The notes beneath the pieces were generated by a model. It saw nothing but the letters and a program-made list of their open reading frames with translations, had not been told where the DNA came from and did no database searches. The translations under genes were made by a program, and so were the position numbers. This document shows positions 39,207-52,339 of a DNA stretch of 64,000 nucleotides, piece after piece. Positions within the stretch are counted from its first letter, which is position 1. Each line of letters begins with the position of its first letter. The stretch comes from Octopus sinensis (Eukaryota): assembly GCF_006345805.1 (NCBI RefSeq), contig NC_043012.1, positions 21,886,001 through 21,950,000 on the forward strand, read 5' to 3'.

Positions 39207-40842
39207 TTAAATTATTTTTCCTTTTCATTTTAAGGCACTGGTTACGAAATGTGCACTGGTGCCCTGAGTGATCTGCTGAGAGGTCAGATATTCATACGAC
39301 ATCACTGTTTTGTTTTGGTTTCAAAGACTAATACTGGTTTATGTTCTCAAAGGTCTGACGAGTTTTATTCGTTCACAGGTGTTAGCACAAATGCTCATAA
39401 GCTCAAGGGAGGTAACTCTTCCTGTAAGTTTATCACAGCAGAGACAATCTCAAGAGCTATACTCCATGGAAATGAAGGCTTGAGTTGGTTTCTCTATAAA
39501 GCATTGAGATATTGTACTTACCATAACATCCTACACTGATTTGATAATCTCTAATTACGTTTTTGAAAAGCCTAGTCTTCAGCAGTTGCAATATTAAGAT
39601 CAACTTCATAGTTTTAATATCCATAATATTATTTTTTTGAAGGGGTGGTGGTTGGTTTGCAAGATTGCATATCTTCATTCATATCACTCAAGCATCATAT
39701 CGATGGGACTTGCTTATAGTTCTGTTCATATATATTTTTCCTTGTACTTTCTGTGCTTACTCTTACCACAAATGCCTTCTCTTAACTAAATAGTATTTTT
39801 TTTGCCACTTGGTGCTTAAGATGAAATCTTGATTAGTAAGTATTACATTTAACAGAGTAAACTGAATGCTAAAGTGTGAAATGGTTTCCAAACAATTAAA
39901 GAATTATAATAATATTTATGAGTTTGGTGGTTATTAACTTAATTTTTAGAGTGTATAGATGCAGTGTTCCAGATGTGTTGTTTTTGATAGATTTAAACTA
40001 AGAGTTTTTACTTTTAAAGGAATAACATATCAGGGTTGTACTTGCTTGATTACTGATTAGGATCTGAGAGTGTAAATTGAAACTAAAACGATTGTAGCAT
40101 GGAGGACACATGTTGGCCATTAAAAAAAAACACAAACGCACACTGTTAACTTTATATAAACATTTATTTGGTGTCAAAATTTATGTCACACCAATTGTGA
40201 CCTGATCACTGACATAGTTCCACTGTAGCCTTAAGAAAGGTAATAACATTCTTAATCATGAAGCCATCTTCTAGAATGAGACACATGATGATGACTGGAG
40301 ATAAAAAAAAAAACAATCGAAACACTGTGATTGTACAATCGAAAACCTAAAATAATAATTCATTTTGGATTTTTTAGATTTTGTCAACTTGAGGAACAGT
40401 CAAATCTTGATGTTTTACAGATTGTTATCCTACAAATGAAAGTTTCTCTTTTTCTTTGGCTTGTAATAGAATTACAATTTGGTTTCTACTTCATGATATT
40501 GTGGTTTGTATCTGACTTGGTTTCACTGGCTGTGCATGTAGAAGTTACAGTTTAGACAGTGTGTCTCCAATCTCTAATGCTATTATATGTTCTTAGTAAA
40601 TATACTTAACTCCTACTGGGCCCTAGTTTATGTATCTGGGGCTGGTGATTGTTGCTGGTCATTGCTGTTAATTTGAGATTGTTATTAGTTTGTGTGTGAG
40701 TGCATGTATGCAAGTGAGTTTATTTGTGATTTGTTTGGCACACATCTTTCTAAAACTTCGTTTTTTAGATTATTAAATTAGTGTTATAATTGATTCAAAT
40801 ACGAAATAGATTTTTAATTTTGTTTAACTTTTGTTTTTGCAG

Positions 40843-43061
40843 ATGCTTTTGAACCAATGCCAGTAAAGCTGCTTAAACTAGACAAAGAATCTGAAAATTC
40901 TGATTTCAAACAGGAATGTGTTAAAGCAGAACCTGTTGATGAATACATCCAATGTAAATCTAACTCCCAAAGTAAAATGGGTCATGTTAATGTGCATAAA
41001 AAGGAAGTTATCGATAGCAAGGATGAACGTTCTGAAACGGGGAAGAAGTGGAAATGTTCTGAACCTGAACGAAGCCACTCTCCTCCACACAGTGTGAAGC
41101 TAGTCATCCGAAATGATGGTGTCAGTTTTAGTAGCAGCCTCTCACTTAAGGTGAAAAAAGAAAAGTCACGGAAATCACAAAAGACTGTGAAATCAGAACC
41201 ACTCAGTAGTGTTTCAATAAAGAAAGAGCCTCCAGACATCAAACCACAGTTGCCTGAAGTTAAACCGGCTCCTTTCAGTCAAGAGAACTATGATGAGTGG
41301 AAAACGTCGTCGTCATCGAACAATTTGTCAGCAGTCAAGCAAGAATCTTCGCCCTATCATAGTTGTGCTGCTGCTGCTGTGGCCCGAACAACTGCAGTAG
41401 CAACCACAACTCCCACAACGACAACTCCTGTAACTATGTTACCCCTTTCAACTGTAGAATCACTCACCTCATCTGCAACTTTGTCCACATCAAGGGTAGT
41501 GTCGAATCCAATGGGGTTGGAGGTTAGCTGTTCGTCTGTTACACCAGCACCTTTAACCAGTTCCCATTCTTCCTCTGTGGCTGCAATGCCTCCCCCAGCA
41601 GCCACAGCTTCTTCCTCAACAACTGTATTTTCTAAAAACTGTGAAACTTCTAACAATGATATTTTCATGGACGAAGAAGATTTCTTAGAAGGTCAGTTGG
41701 CAAGTCAAGATAGAAAACTTATACCCCAACGAACGCGAATTATGTCTGATTCAGAACTTCTTGAAGAGCCTACTCCTGATGATATGCTCTCTTCTTTCCA
41801 TGGGCTTGATTTCACTGTTGATTTTATCCTCCCTGAAAATCACTCCTCTGGAAGCATTAAACAGGAGCTAAATCCGTCAGAATCAGCAGTGTCTCAATTT
41901 TCTTTAAATAATTCCAATTCACATTCTTTCTCTTTAGGGAACAGTCGCTTCAGTCCTAAGAACTTTGAACCTGATACATCAGCTACATATTCACTTGAAG
42001 ACTTTGTGACTGATGACTTACTCAGCAATTGCCATTTCTCCTTGCAGCCTTCTGCAGATTTAGGCACTGAAGAACTCTCTCTTCCTGCTGCTACTAGTTC
42101 TGAGCTGCAAAATGCAGTCGACAGTATTGTAAACTTTGAAGGAACTGATAGCATAGCTGTTTCTGAGTGTAGTCTGGACTCACTGGCACATAGAAATAAT
42201 TTGGTATTGAACACCGAAGATGCCGTCCAGTCAATCTTAGCTGGAACAGCTTCATTACACAGTTCTGAATCATCAGCTCCTACTGTTGCTATGGCCAGCA
42301 CAACTACTGCTAATAATAGTAGTAGTAACAGCAGCAACAGTAACAGCAGCAACAACAATAACAACAACAACAACATCATCATTGATAACAGTCCCTCAAA
42401 TAACAACAATAATAATAATAATAATAGTAATAATAATAATAACAACAACAACAGCAATAACACCTCCACAAACCTCACAACCACCACTTCTACAACCAGC
42501 ATCACCACTTCCACAAGCAACACCACCACGACCAACAACAACACAACCCCCAACAACAACAACAATGATAATGCTGATAATACCAACAATAACAATACGC
42601 AAGCAACTGTCATCTCTGCAACGCCCGTTGATTGTATCACGGACGTTTCAGATGCCTACACCGATCCAAAACTGAAGCAGCAGACTGAGAATGCGGTGAA
42701 CAGCATTCTCAGCCTGTCTCAAGAACCACCGATGCCCTCTGGTGGCAGTGTTGGTGACTTCTCAATAGACGGTCCACTGGATGACTACGGTAGTGGTAGC
42801 TCTCACCTCTCCTGCAATGTAGGAGGCGGTGGAGTGAGTATAGCTAGCTCTCTCGATGGCTCTGGTGCATCAGGCCTTGCTACTGCACCAGCCGGGTCAG
42901 ACATTGGTACAATGGTTGCCGCAACCGCTGGGGTGCCACAAGACTTCTACTCTTCCGTTCCGGATCGGTCCTTAGATGATAGTTGTTTGGTGAGTGCCGC
43001 TGATGCTGGCATGCAAATTGAGGATGATTTAGATGCTGCTGTGCAAAGTATTCTGATGTAA
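40843..43061 (+). CDS. BICRA: BICRA-family terminal coding exon (DAFEPMPVK...DDLDAAVQSILM*), with basic IKxE-rich, acidic and polyN/T segments
   Basis: Acceptor tttttgcAG, phase 1 in, in frame with the 734-aa ORF 40857-43061, ends in TAA. Confidence 0.9.
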
Positions 43062-43398
43062 TAATAATCAATAAGGATAGTGAAGAAACAAAACAAAACA
43101 AAACAACAACAAAAATAATAATACCGGATTAAGAAATGGGAGAAATTTGACAAAATAAATAATAAGTAGCTGGGAGGAAAATGACTGATGTTTTTTTTCT
43201 CTTACTGAACATCAGGTATTGAAAAATGTTAATGATATTCGTATGGAAGTATATGAAATTGAAGTGTAAACATATATTTTTTATTTGAAGACTGAGCAAT
43301 TTGCTGGACAGAACTAGACATTTTGTTGAGAACTCAACTACAACTGAATTACACACAAACATAAAAATACTTGTTAAAAAATTGTTTTCCCTTCTCAA

Positions 43399-43441
<43 letters not shown>

Positions 43442-43796
43442 ATATTTTGCCTCCTCCTCTCTCTCTATCTTTGTTTATATCCTCTTATTTCTCACTCCAT
43501 CTCTCTCTCTCTCTCTCTCTCTCCTGATTCTCTCATTTATTCACCTTGATGTTATAATGACTGTAATGTGATCATTGTAAACTCTATAACATATCATTTC
43601 CAATAAATGACCATTATTCAAAGACAAAAAAGACAAGGAATTCATTATAGATTTTCTTCCTTCTCCCATTTCCCCTGCCTTTCCAATATTTCAAATATCC
43701 TTTACCCTCCGCCCACCCATGTCTCAGCCCATATCCCCCATATATTTGTAAATACATTACATGTCTTAACATACACTCTTGTCAATGTGTATGTGT

Positions 43797-43827
<31 letters not shown>

Positions 43828-44030
43828 AAACATATAATATGTATATAGCATTATTATTATTATTATTATATTATTATTATTATTATTATCATCATCTCAA
43901 AAAAAGATTTTTTTGGGGCTCCTTAAAATAAAAAAGAAAAGCCCAAGAGCTCATCCTTTCCTCATGCGGTACAGCATTAAAAAGAAAGTAAAAATGAAAT
44001 AAAAATAAAAATACAATTAAAAAAAAAAAC
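43062..44030 (+). other. Probable 3' UTR of the BICRA-family gene; end uncertain
   Basis: Follows the stop codon; AT-rich with several AATAAA hexamers (near 43600, 43930 and 44000). No transcript evidence available. Confidence 0.3.
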
Positions 44031-44629
44031 AAATGCCTTCTTTTGGCAATTTATTGTTTGCTCAGCTATTATCTATTTCTAATACTATATGTATGTATGG
44101 CATTATTCAGTTTTATTTCAAGATTTCTTCCCAGTAGAGAAAGAGCTGGTTTCTAACCTATATCCAAGGCTCCTTCATAGGAATTTCAACGACATCAACA
44201 GGATATTTTTATGTGCAAATTTGTTTTGTTTTATGTATGTATTCTCATGCCTATATTGCATGTCTAGACATGTTCATATATATTTGAATGATAAACTTCT
44301 GGACAGTTTTACAGATTTCTACAGTTCCAGTGATGGCTTCAATCTGTAATCTTTGAATCAACTTTCTCCTTTCTGCTTTTGAGAAGCCCAATTTCTCAAG
44401 ATTGGTATTTAGGCAACATATCCCAGTGCCCCAATAATTACAGGTATAAATCCGAACTTGTAATCGGGGTAGAGTAACAGTAGATTTCTCAATAGTTCTG
44501 CATTGGCATTTTCTCTATATTAACATCCACTGGGCAGCTGATTTCCACAACTGTACACAGTTTCTCTTCTCAATCCCAAATCACAATATCTGGTCTATTA
44601 TATTTTATTGAGGTTTTCACTGAGACATT

Positions 44630-44907
44630 CCACCAGTTCTCCTTCTTATTACGAGAAGCTATGACTTACACCTGCAATGATTTCATCTCAATCGAAGGAG
44701 AGGAGCTTTCTCCGTCCGGGTTGCAGATCCGTGGAACAAGCTGCCAGACGAGATGGTGAAGATGCCGACGACCGCTTTGTTCAAAGCCTCCCTTGACCTC
44801 AAGTGGCCTGAACTCTTTACATGAACACCACCCTGTACTTAACTCCATGTCCCCCTACATGGCCTTGCTATTTGCTTTTGAGCCAAATTAACTAACTAAC
44901 TAACTAA
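44630..44907 (+). mobile_element. CR1-type LINE 3' end with (TAAC)n tail
   Basis: RRRAFSVRVADPWNKLPDEMV...FKASLD matches the RxxxFSxRVxxxWNxLP CR1 terminus; ends AATTAACTAACTAACTAAC. Confidence 0.8.
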
Positions 44908-45229
44908 CACCATACTGTGGGTTCTTATTTCTTAGGCTTCAGGATTATCCTTCTGACGCATCCCATTGCAAGTGTCTTAGCCACAATACGTCTCATCGGT
45001 AGATGACATTTTCGGACAACTGCTTCCGATGTGGGTGATGTCTTCAGTGTTAATTCCGTTTGTATGTATTAGTGTCAGTTTAGAATTAATTTCCTGTTAC
45101 TACAACAGCAAAAAAAAGAAACCCTGTTGTAATTTTTGTTTCTAAAATTATTGTTTTCCTTTCTCTCTCCTTATTTTTGCCATATCGTCTTTGTTTTATT
45201 TATTTTAATCTATCAATTTTCTTAAAGAC

Positions 45230-46545
45230 AGCATCATTAGCACAAAATGCTTAGTGGTATTTCTTTTAGCTGTTTACACCCTGTGTTCAAATCCTGCCAA
45301 GGTATCCTTTTGGGGTGAATAAAATAGGTATGAGTTGAGTACAGGTGTCAGTGTAATCGACTAGTCCCTCCAGCCAAATTTCAGGCCTTCTGCCTGTATT
45401 AGAAATGATTGTTATTAATATTATTTACGGCCAGTGTACAACGTCTTACGGAGGCAATGTAACCGACGCCGGCGTCGTGTAACTAGCACCTGTGTCGGTG
45501 ACACGTAAAAGGCACCTTTCGAGCATTGTGTCTCACGGAGGCAATGTAAAATGATGGAGACTTTAACTGGCACCCGTGCCAGTGGTACGTAAAAGCACCC
45601 GTTACACTCGGAATGGTTGGCGTTAGGAAGGGCGTCCAGCCGTAGAAGCCATGCCAAATCAGGCTGGAGTCTGGTGCAGCCCCTCAGTTTGCCAGCCCTG
45701 GTCAAACCGTCCAACCCATGCCAGCATGGACAACAGACATTAAATGATGATGATTCTGGTTGGCGGGCTGACAGAATTGTTACTATGCCAGACAAAATGC
45801 TTAATGGCATTTCGTCCGTCTTCATGTTCTGAGTTCAAATTCCGCCAAGGTTGACTTTACCTTTCATCGTTTTGGGGTCGATAAAATAAGTACCAGTTGA
45901 GCATGGGATCGATGTAATCGACTTACACTCTCCCCTGAAATTTTGGCCCTGTGCCAAAACTTGAAACCAGCATTATGCTGTTCAGAGTGGTTGAGTGGTA
46001 GAATCAGTAGAGCATTAAACATAAAGCCTTGTGATAGTATATAGTTAACTTCTTTTATCATCTGCATTCAAATCCTCTCAGAGCTAACGTTGCCTTTTAT
46101 TCTATCAGGGTTGACAAGGAATTAATAAATAATAATTAAAAAGCTGTCAGTTTAATCGACTAACACTTCTCCCCGAATTTCTTAGCTTGCACTTTGTCCT
46201 TAGCCATTTTGTTCTGTGTTCTGATACCATCAAGATTATGTCTGCCTTTCAAAACTCTAACGTTGAGAAAGTAAAGTCATGAACTGCTGGTTATTTTATC
46301 AAGTAAACTTTTCACCTTCACCGAAAGATTCGTTATTATAAAAGGCGCAAAACTCCAGAATTGTTTGTATGCATGCCAGACAAAATGTTTAGCAGCATTT
46401 TGTCTGCTTTTTACGTTCTGAGTTCAAATTCCACCTAGGCTGACTTTATCTTTCATCCTTTCGGGGTTGAGTACTGAGGTCGATGTAATCGACTACCTCA
46501 CTCCCCTATAATAGAAAGGATTATTATTATTATTATTATTATTAT
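45230..46545 (+). mobile_element. Cluster of older family B SINEs with (TTA)n tails, plus an RTE 3' UTR copy (45421-45755)
   Basis: Repeated GAGTTCAAAT...TTTCATC...GGGGT...AGTACCAG bodies at about 45230, 45765, 46050 and 46370. Confidence 0.75.
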
Positions 46546-46598
46546 TAAGGCGGCTAGCTGGTAGAATCGTCAGCATGCTGGACGAAATGCTTAGTATA

Positions 46599-46857
46599 CT
46601 CAGAACGTAGCGGCAGACGAAATACCTATTTCTTTACTACTCACAAGGAACTAAACACAGAAAGGACAAACAAGGATAGACAAACGGATTAAGTCGATTA
46701 TATCGACCCCAGTGCGTAACTGGTACTTATTTAATCGACCCCGAAAGGATGAACGGTAAAGTCGACCTCGGCGGGATTTGAACTCAGAATGTAGCGGCAG
46801 ACGAAATACCACTAAGCATTTCGCTCGGCGTGCTAACGATTCTGCCAGCTCACTGCC
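46599..46857 (-). mobile_element. SINE family B young copy extending 27 nt into a second unit
   Basis: Head, unit, junction AAATAG|GTATTTCGTCTGCCGCTACGTTCTGAG, abutting an inverted head at 46549-46596. Confidence 0.85.
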
Positions 46858-47292
46858 TCAAGAGTCATAAATATTGCCAAGTGTAATGGTGCAAGACCGA
46901 CAGTAACCTTTTGATCGGTCCTATGCCATTACCAAAAGTATACAAAACAATATGGAAATGGAAATAATTGTTCTATTTCTTATTGCGTGTGCTTTCTTCT
47001 GACTTTTGGACAATTGCATGGAACTGTATAGTTCCAGGAAAGTTTGCTTTGTGGTTTCAGGATCGATGAGCACGTTGTCTTGTACTACAACCCCAGGCAA
47101 CAAATAGTTTCTGAGTTCATTTTGATGGCAGAAACTTTGCAGTCGGTCTGTGTGTGTGTGCACCTTGGCCAAGTGTCTTCTACTATAGCCTCGGGCCGAC
47201 CAAAGCCTTGTGAGTGGATTTGGTAGACGGAAACTGAAAGAAGCCCATCATGTATATGTGTGTGTGTGTGTCTTATTGATTATTCTTAAACA

Positions 47293-47676
47293 GCGTAGAA
47301 GTGGCTGTGTGGTAAGTAGCTTGCTTACCAGCCACATGGTTCCGGGTTCAGTCTCACTGCGTGGCACCTTGGGCAAGTGTCTTCTACTATAGCCTCGGGC
47401 CGACCAAAGCCTTGTGAGGGGATTTGGTTGACGGAAACTGAAAGAAGCCCGTCGTATATATGTATATATATATGTGTCTGTGTTTGTTCCCCCCCTCAAC
47501 ATCGCTTGACAACCGATGCTGGTGTGTTTACGTCCCCGTAACTTAGCGGTTCGGCAAAAGAAACCGATAGAATAAGTGCTAGGCTTACAAAGAATAAATC
47601 CTGGGGGTCGATTTCCTCGACTAAAGGCGGTGCTCCAGTATGGCCGCAGTCAAATGACTGAAGCAAGTAAAAGAGT
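47293..47676 (+). mobile_element. SINE family A, complete copy
   Basis: Collinear with 32527-32960, with a shorter internal microsatellite. Confidence 0.85.
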
Positions 47677-48174
47677 ATGTTACCATTTGAAGTTTATGTC
47701 CCTGTACCTTAGTGGCATGGCAAAAAATAAATATACATAAATAAAATATATATTTAAAAAAAGGAGACCATTAGAGCAGGTACCTGACTTAAAGGTAACT
47801 GCAGTCGATTTGATTGACCAAAATTTATCAAGGGTGTGCTCTAACATGGCTGCAGTCCAAATGTTTTGTGCGTGTAAATCGCCATACACCCATGCATTGG
47901 TGTATGGCGATATTGAAAGCAAAACTTCAAAGGCACTCAAATGTTTGTAACGAGAAACTAAATAGAAAGACAGATATCGGGAACAAATAAAGTGTATAGT
48001 TTGTATATTAGTATTACTGCTGTGAAAGAGTTAAAACGAAAGAAGGTAAGCAAGAGTGCGCGTGCATTCTTGTTCTATCAAAGCTCGGGTCTTTGAGTCA
48101 TTAACATAGCTTCACGGCTTATGAGTAAAGAATTACATGCATACGTAAATATATCTGCATATATGTTATTATAC

Positions 48175-48705
48175 AGGCACAGGAGTGGTTGTGTGTTAAA
48201 TAGCTTGCTTACCAACCACATGGTTCCGGGTTCAGTCCCACTGCGTGGCACCTTGGGCAAGTGTCTTCTACTAAAGCCTCGGATTTGGTAGACGGAAACT
48301 GAAAGAAACCATATTTCTTTATTACCCACAAGGGGCTAAACATAGAAGGGACAAACAAGGACAGACATAGGTATTAAGTCGATTATATCGACCCCGAAAG
48401 GATGAAAGGCAAAGTCGACCTCGGCGGAATTTGAACTCACAACGTAACGGCAGACGAAATACCGCTAAGCATTTCGCCTGGCGTGCTAACGTTTCTGCCA
48501 GCTCGCCGCCTTCAACTGAAAGAAACCCGTCGTATTGACAACCAATGCTGGTGTGTTTACGTTCCCATAACTGAGCAGTTCAGCAAAAGAGACCGATAGA
48601 ATATGTACTAAGCTTGCAAAGAATAAATCTTTTGGGTAAATTTTTTCGACTAAAGGCGGCGCTCCAGCATGGCCGCAGTCAAATGACTGAAACAAATAAA
48701 AGAAT
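48175..48705 (+). mobile_element. SINE family A copy split by a family B insertion (48311-48514)
   Basis: 13-bp TSD ACTGAAAGAAACC at 48298-48310 and 48515-48527. Confidence 0.8.
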
Positions 48706-49284
48706 GTGTGTGTATCTATATCGGAGGCGCATGGCTTAGTGGCTAGGATGTTGAACTTACGATCGCAAGATTGTCGTTTCAACTCCTGAACGCTTCTGTT
48801 CGCGTTTTGCTCCAGTTCACAAATGAGAAATCATGCGAGAGGAACGTATACGCCAGAGAAATCGTGAAACCGGCCTAATGCTCTTTACGGAGAAATGTGA
48901 ACTAACCATATATGTATGGGTATATGTTTTCGTCCTCATGCTTTTGTCTGCTTTCCAAGCTAGCATAGACTCCACTTATTTAAACGGGTTGGAGGACTAT
49001 ATCTCGCTCAAGTATTTCAATATTACATTGATTTCTACAGCTGGATGCCTTTTCTAACATCAACCTCTTTTCAGAGTGTTCTTTTCTTTTTGAAAACAAT
49101 TGCAGCGTGGAAGGTGTCTATAAGCCATTTAAGAAACACATAAAAACCGCTAGATTCACTTCAACATTTAAATTTAATTCGCCAAAATATTTTCGTCGCT
49201 CAGATCAGGTCACTTGCTATGCAAGTACACCTCCGTAAAACTTTTCTTTTTGTTTTAGGTGAAAGTACTACAGAAGTTATCGAC

Positions 49285-49347
49285 AGAGGTTAACCAGAGA
49301 TGAAAGACCATAAGGGTCTTATGGTCTTTTATCTCTGGTCAACCTCT
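49285..49347. repeat. 63-bp palindrome, 30-bp arms, 3-nt loop
   Basis: AGAGGTTAACCAGAGATGAAAGACCATAAG-GGT-CTTATGGTCTTTTATCTCTGGTCAACCTCT. Confidence 0.92.
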
Positions 49348-49410
49348 CTACCAATTGAAAGGCATGAGATAGTTATGAATATTATTGATGTTCTCAGTAT
49401 TATTGTGAAA

Positions 49411-49782
49411 GTGGAGGCGCAATGGCCCACTGGTTAGGGCAGCGGACTCGCGGTTTCGATTCCCAGACCGGGCGTTGTGAGTGTTTATTGAGCGAAAACA
49501 CCTAAAGCTCCACGAGGCTCCGGCAGGGGATGGTGGTGATCCCTGCTGTACTCTTTCACCACAACTTTCTCTCACTCTTACTTCCTGTTTCTGTTGTACC
49601 TGTATTTCAAAGGGCCGGCCTTGTCACTCTCTGTGTCACGCTGAATATCCCCGAGAACTACGTTAAGGGTACGCGTGTCTGTGGAGTGCTCAGCCACTTA
49701 CACGTTAATTTCACGAGCAGGCTGTTCCGTTGATTCGGATCAACCGGAACCCTCGTCGTCGTAACCGACGGAGTGCTTCCAC
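49411..49782 (+). mobile_element. SINE family C (tRNA head GGAGGCGCAATGGCCCA, tail CGTAACCGACGGAGTGCTTCC)
   Basis: TSD ATTATTGTGA (49399-49408, 49783-49792); near-identical to 54922 and 56230 copies. Confidence 0.88.
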
Positions 49783-50429
49783 ATTATTGTGAGAAAGGTG
49801 TTTATAATCAAGAGAATATGTCCAACAAGATGGAAAGTGACATGATCCAAGAAATCGAATAATGCAAACCGAAAATGCGGGGGAGAAAAGGTTGCATAAG
49901 AGTCTGGTGACAGAGTGAAATGGGATGATGACAGGCAGTGGAGAAGGGCAAGGTGAGAGTGTACTGGGCACAAGTGGTCGTGTGTGGTGGTAAAAGAAGG
50001 GAATGGGTTCAGTTTCATCAGCCACCTTGGCCCAATCTATCCCTTTCCTCACTACAGCCTCCACCACTGGCATGGTGGAAGACACTTGCCCAAGGTGCCA
50101 CGCAGTGGGACTGAACCCGGAACCATGTTGTTGGTAAGCAAGCTACTTAACTTTGAAGTCGAGTGACGGTGATGACGGTAGGGAATGGAAAGTAGACAGG
50201 TCCCGTGTTGAATGACTTGAGTGATAGGAGGCAAGTTGTAAAGACATGAGTGACAGGGAAGTGAATGATAATGAGGCGGGAGGGTTCCAAAGAATGACAA
50301 GGGGAGCAATGGTAGTAGACATAGCAGTGCAGATATTTTCAGTCGACATCACTAACATTATTTTTGTGACTTCCATTTCACCGTGCTTTCTGTGCCGAGG
50401 AGAGGTGGTGATGGATCTTATGAGCTGAG

Positions 50430-52300
50430 CTTTCTTCCAGTCAACATGATTTTGTCATCTCCATGAAATGCAACGTCTTGAAATCAGTTTTCACTATTTT
50501 GTCTCATGTTTTTCTTGGTCTTCTTGCACAGGTATCATTCACTTTAAATGTCTGCCACTTCTTTAAAAGCTGTCATCTTCCATATGCACCGTGTGTCTAT
50601 ACCTTCGCAGCCTTCTCTTTTGCACCCGCTTGGTTCTTATAGTTTTCTCTCACTTCTCTAATACTCTATCAGTATGCCAGCGTAACATACCCCGCAAAAT
50701 ATGCTTACTTCAGTCCTTTCTAATCTCTACACACCCTCAACATTCAAGGCCCATATCTCACTACCTATTTCTTTACTACCCACAAGGGGCTAAACACAGA
50801 GAAGACAAACAAGGACAGACAAATGGATTAAGTCGATTACATCGACCCCAGTGAGTAACTGGTATTTATTTAATCGACCCCGAAAGGATGAAAGGCAAAG
50901 TCGACCTCTGCGGAATTTGAACTCAAAATGTAGCGGCAGACGAAATACCTATTTCTTTACTACCCACAAGGGGCTAAACACAGAGAGGACAAACAAGGAC
51001 AGACAAACGGATTAAGTCGATTATATCGACCCCAGTGAGTAACTGGTACTTATTTAATCGACCCCGAAAGGAGGAAAGGCAAAGTCGACCTCTGCGGAAT
51101 TTGAACTCAAAATGTAGCGGCAGACGAAATACCTATTTCTTTACTACCCACAAGGGGCTAAACACACAGAAGACAAACGGATTAAGTCGATTACATCGAT
51201 CCCAGTGCGTAACTGGTACTTATTTAATCGACCCCGAATGGATGAAAGGCAAAGTCGACCTCGGTGGAATTTGAACTCAGAACGTAAAGACAGACGAAAT
51301 ACCTATTTCTTTACTACCTACAAGCGGCTAAACAAAGAGAGGACAAACAAGGACAGACAAACGGATTAAGTCGATTATATCGACCCCGGTGCGTAACTGG
51401 TACTTATTTAATCGACCCCGAAAGGATGAATGGCAAACTCGATCTCGGCGGAATTTGAACTCAAAACGTAAAGACAGACGAAATACCTATTTCTTTACTA
51501 CCCACAAGGGGCTAAACACAGAGAGGACAAACAAGGACAGACAAACGGATTAAGTCGATTATATCGACCCCGGTGCGTAACTGGTACTTATTTAATCGAC
51601 CCCGAAAGGATGAAAGGCAAAGTCGACCGCGGCGGAATTTGAACTCAGAACGTAACGGCAGACGAAATACGGCTACGCATTTCGCCCGGCGTGCTATAAC
51701 GTTTCTGCCAGCTCGCCGCCTTATCTCACTACCATACTGAATTGCACTTTGCGCTTACATGCATCATATAATCTATTAGAGAGAAGCCTTTTCATTGCCA
51801 GCAGAGGTAATACGTGCCCTGGACTATTTCCAACCCATTCTTACTCTAGCTATTTTGTTCTCCGAAAACCTTACAATAATGTAGTCAGCTAGGTAACAGA
51901 ATTTACCATTTAGGTCTATGGAGACTTATGGTCATTCAATTGTATCTATTTCCCATGAGCTGTTATGCCTTATTGTATCTAATGATCTCCCACGTGTGAA
52001 GTGTACCTTCCTCTGTTAGCTTGCCTTGAATCTCACTGCATCTAGTGTGTTCATAATTTACACAGTGCGCTGGACAGAATTCTTACCTTCTTTCCTGCAC
52101 ACTGAAAATGGCCGCTTCCCTGATGTTAGTAGGATCTTATTCTCTCAACTAAGTAAACTTTGAGGCCTCACAGTATCAGGTTGTGTTTCCACATCTGGAA
52201 TGTCCTTTCTAAATCCTCTGCTTATTCCAGGGTAGGAACTCTCTCAACAGGCCGTCAGCCTCCAACTTTTGGTAGCAGTATTCTTGCTCATACAGTGAAA
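50430..52300 (-). mobile_element. Old RTE LINE, 3' half (from about YADD to the C-terminus), interrupted by the SINE array
   Basis: Minus strand aligns by eye to 28920-29800 (PHD-like insert, FCYL, YGSEIW, RLERTEVS). The 12-bp TSD TATCTCACTACC brackets the SINE array. Confidence 0.7.
50762..51721 (-). mobile_element. SINE family B young subfamily: one head plus five head-to-tail units (184, 184, 170, 184 and 184 bp)
   Basis: Units start at 50762, 50946, 51130, 51300 and 51484 on the + strand; single head at 51668-51720; one TSD TATCTCACTACC (50754-50765, 51722-51733). Confidence 0.92.
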
Positions 52301-52339
52301 AGAAAGAGGCATGAGAATGCTATTATGATAGGCTGTTGA

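Noticed and set aside
41894-42640. 248-aa minus-strand ORF rich in Leu/Val (also 18640-18909 and 25359-25565)
   Set aside because: Antisense shadow of AAC/CAG repeats in real + strand exons.
49411-49480. tRNA genes at SINE heads (families A, B, C)
   Set aside because: A/B boxes run directly into SINE bodies with TSDs; no complete cloverleaf.
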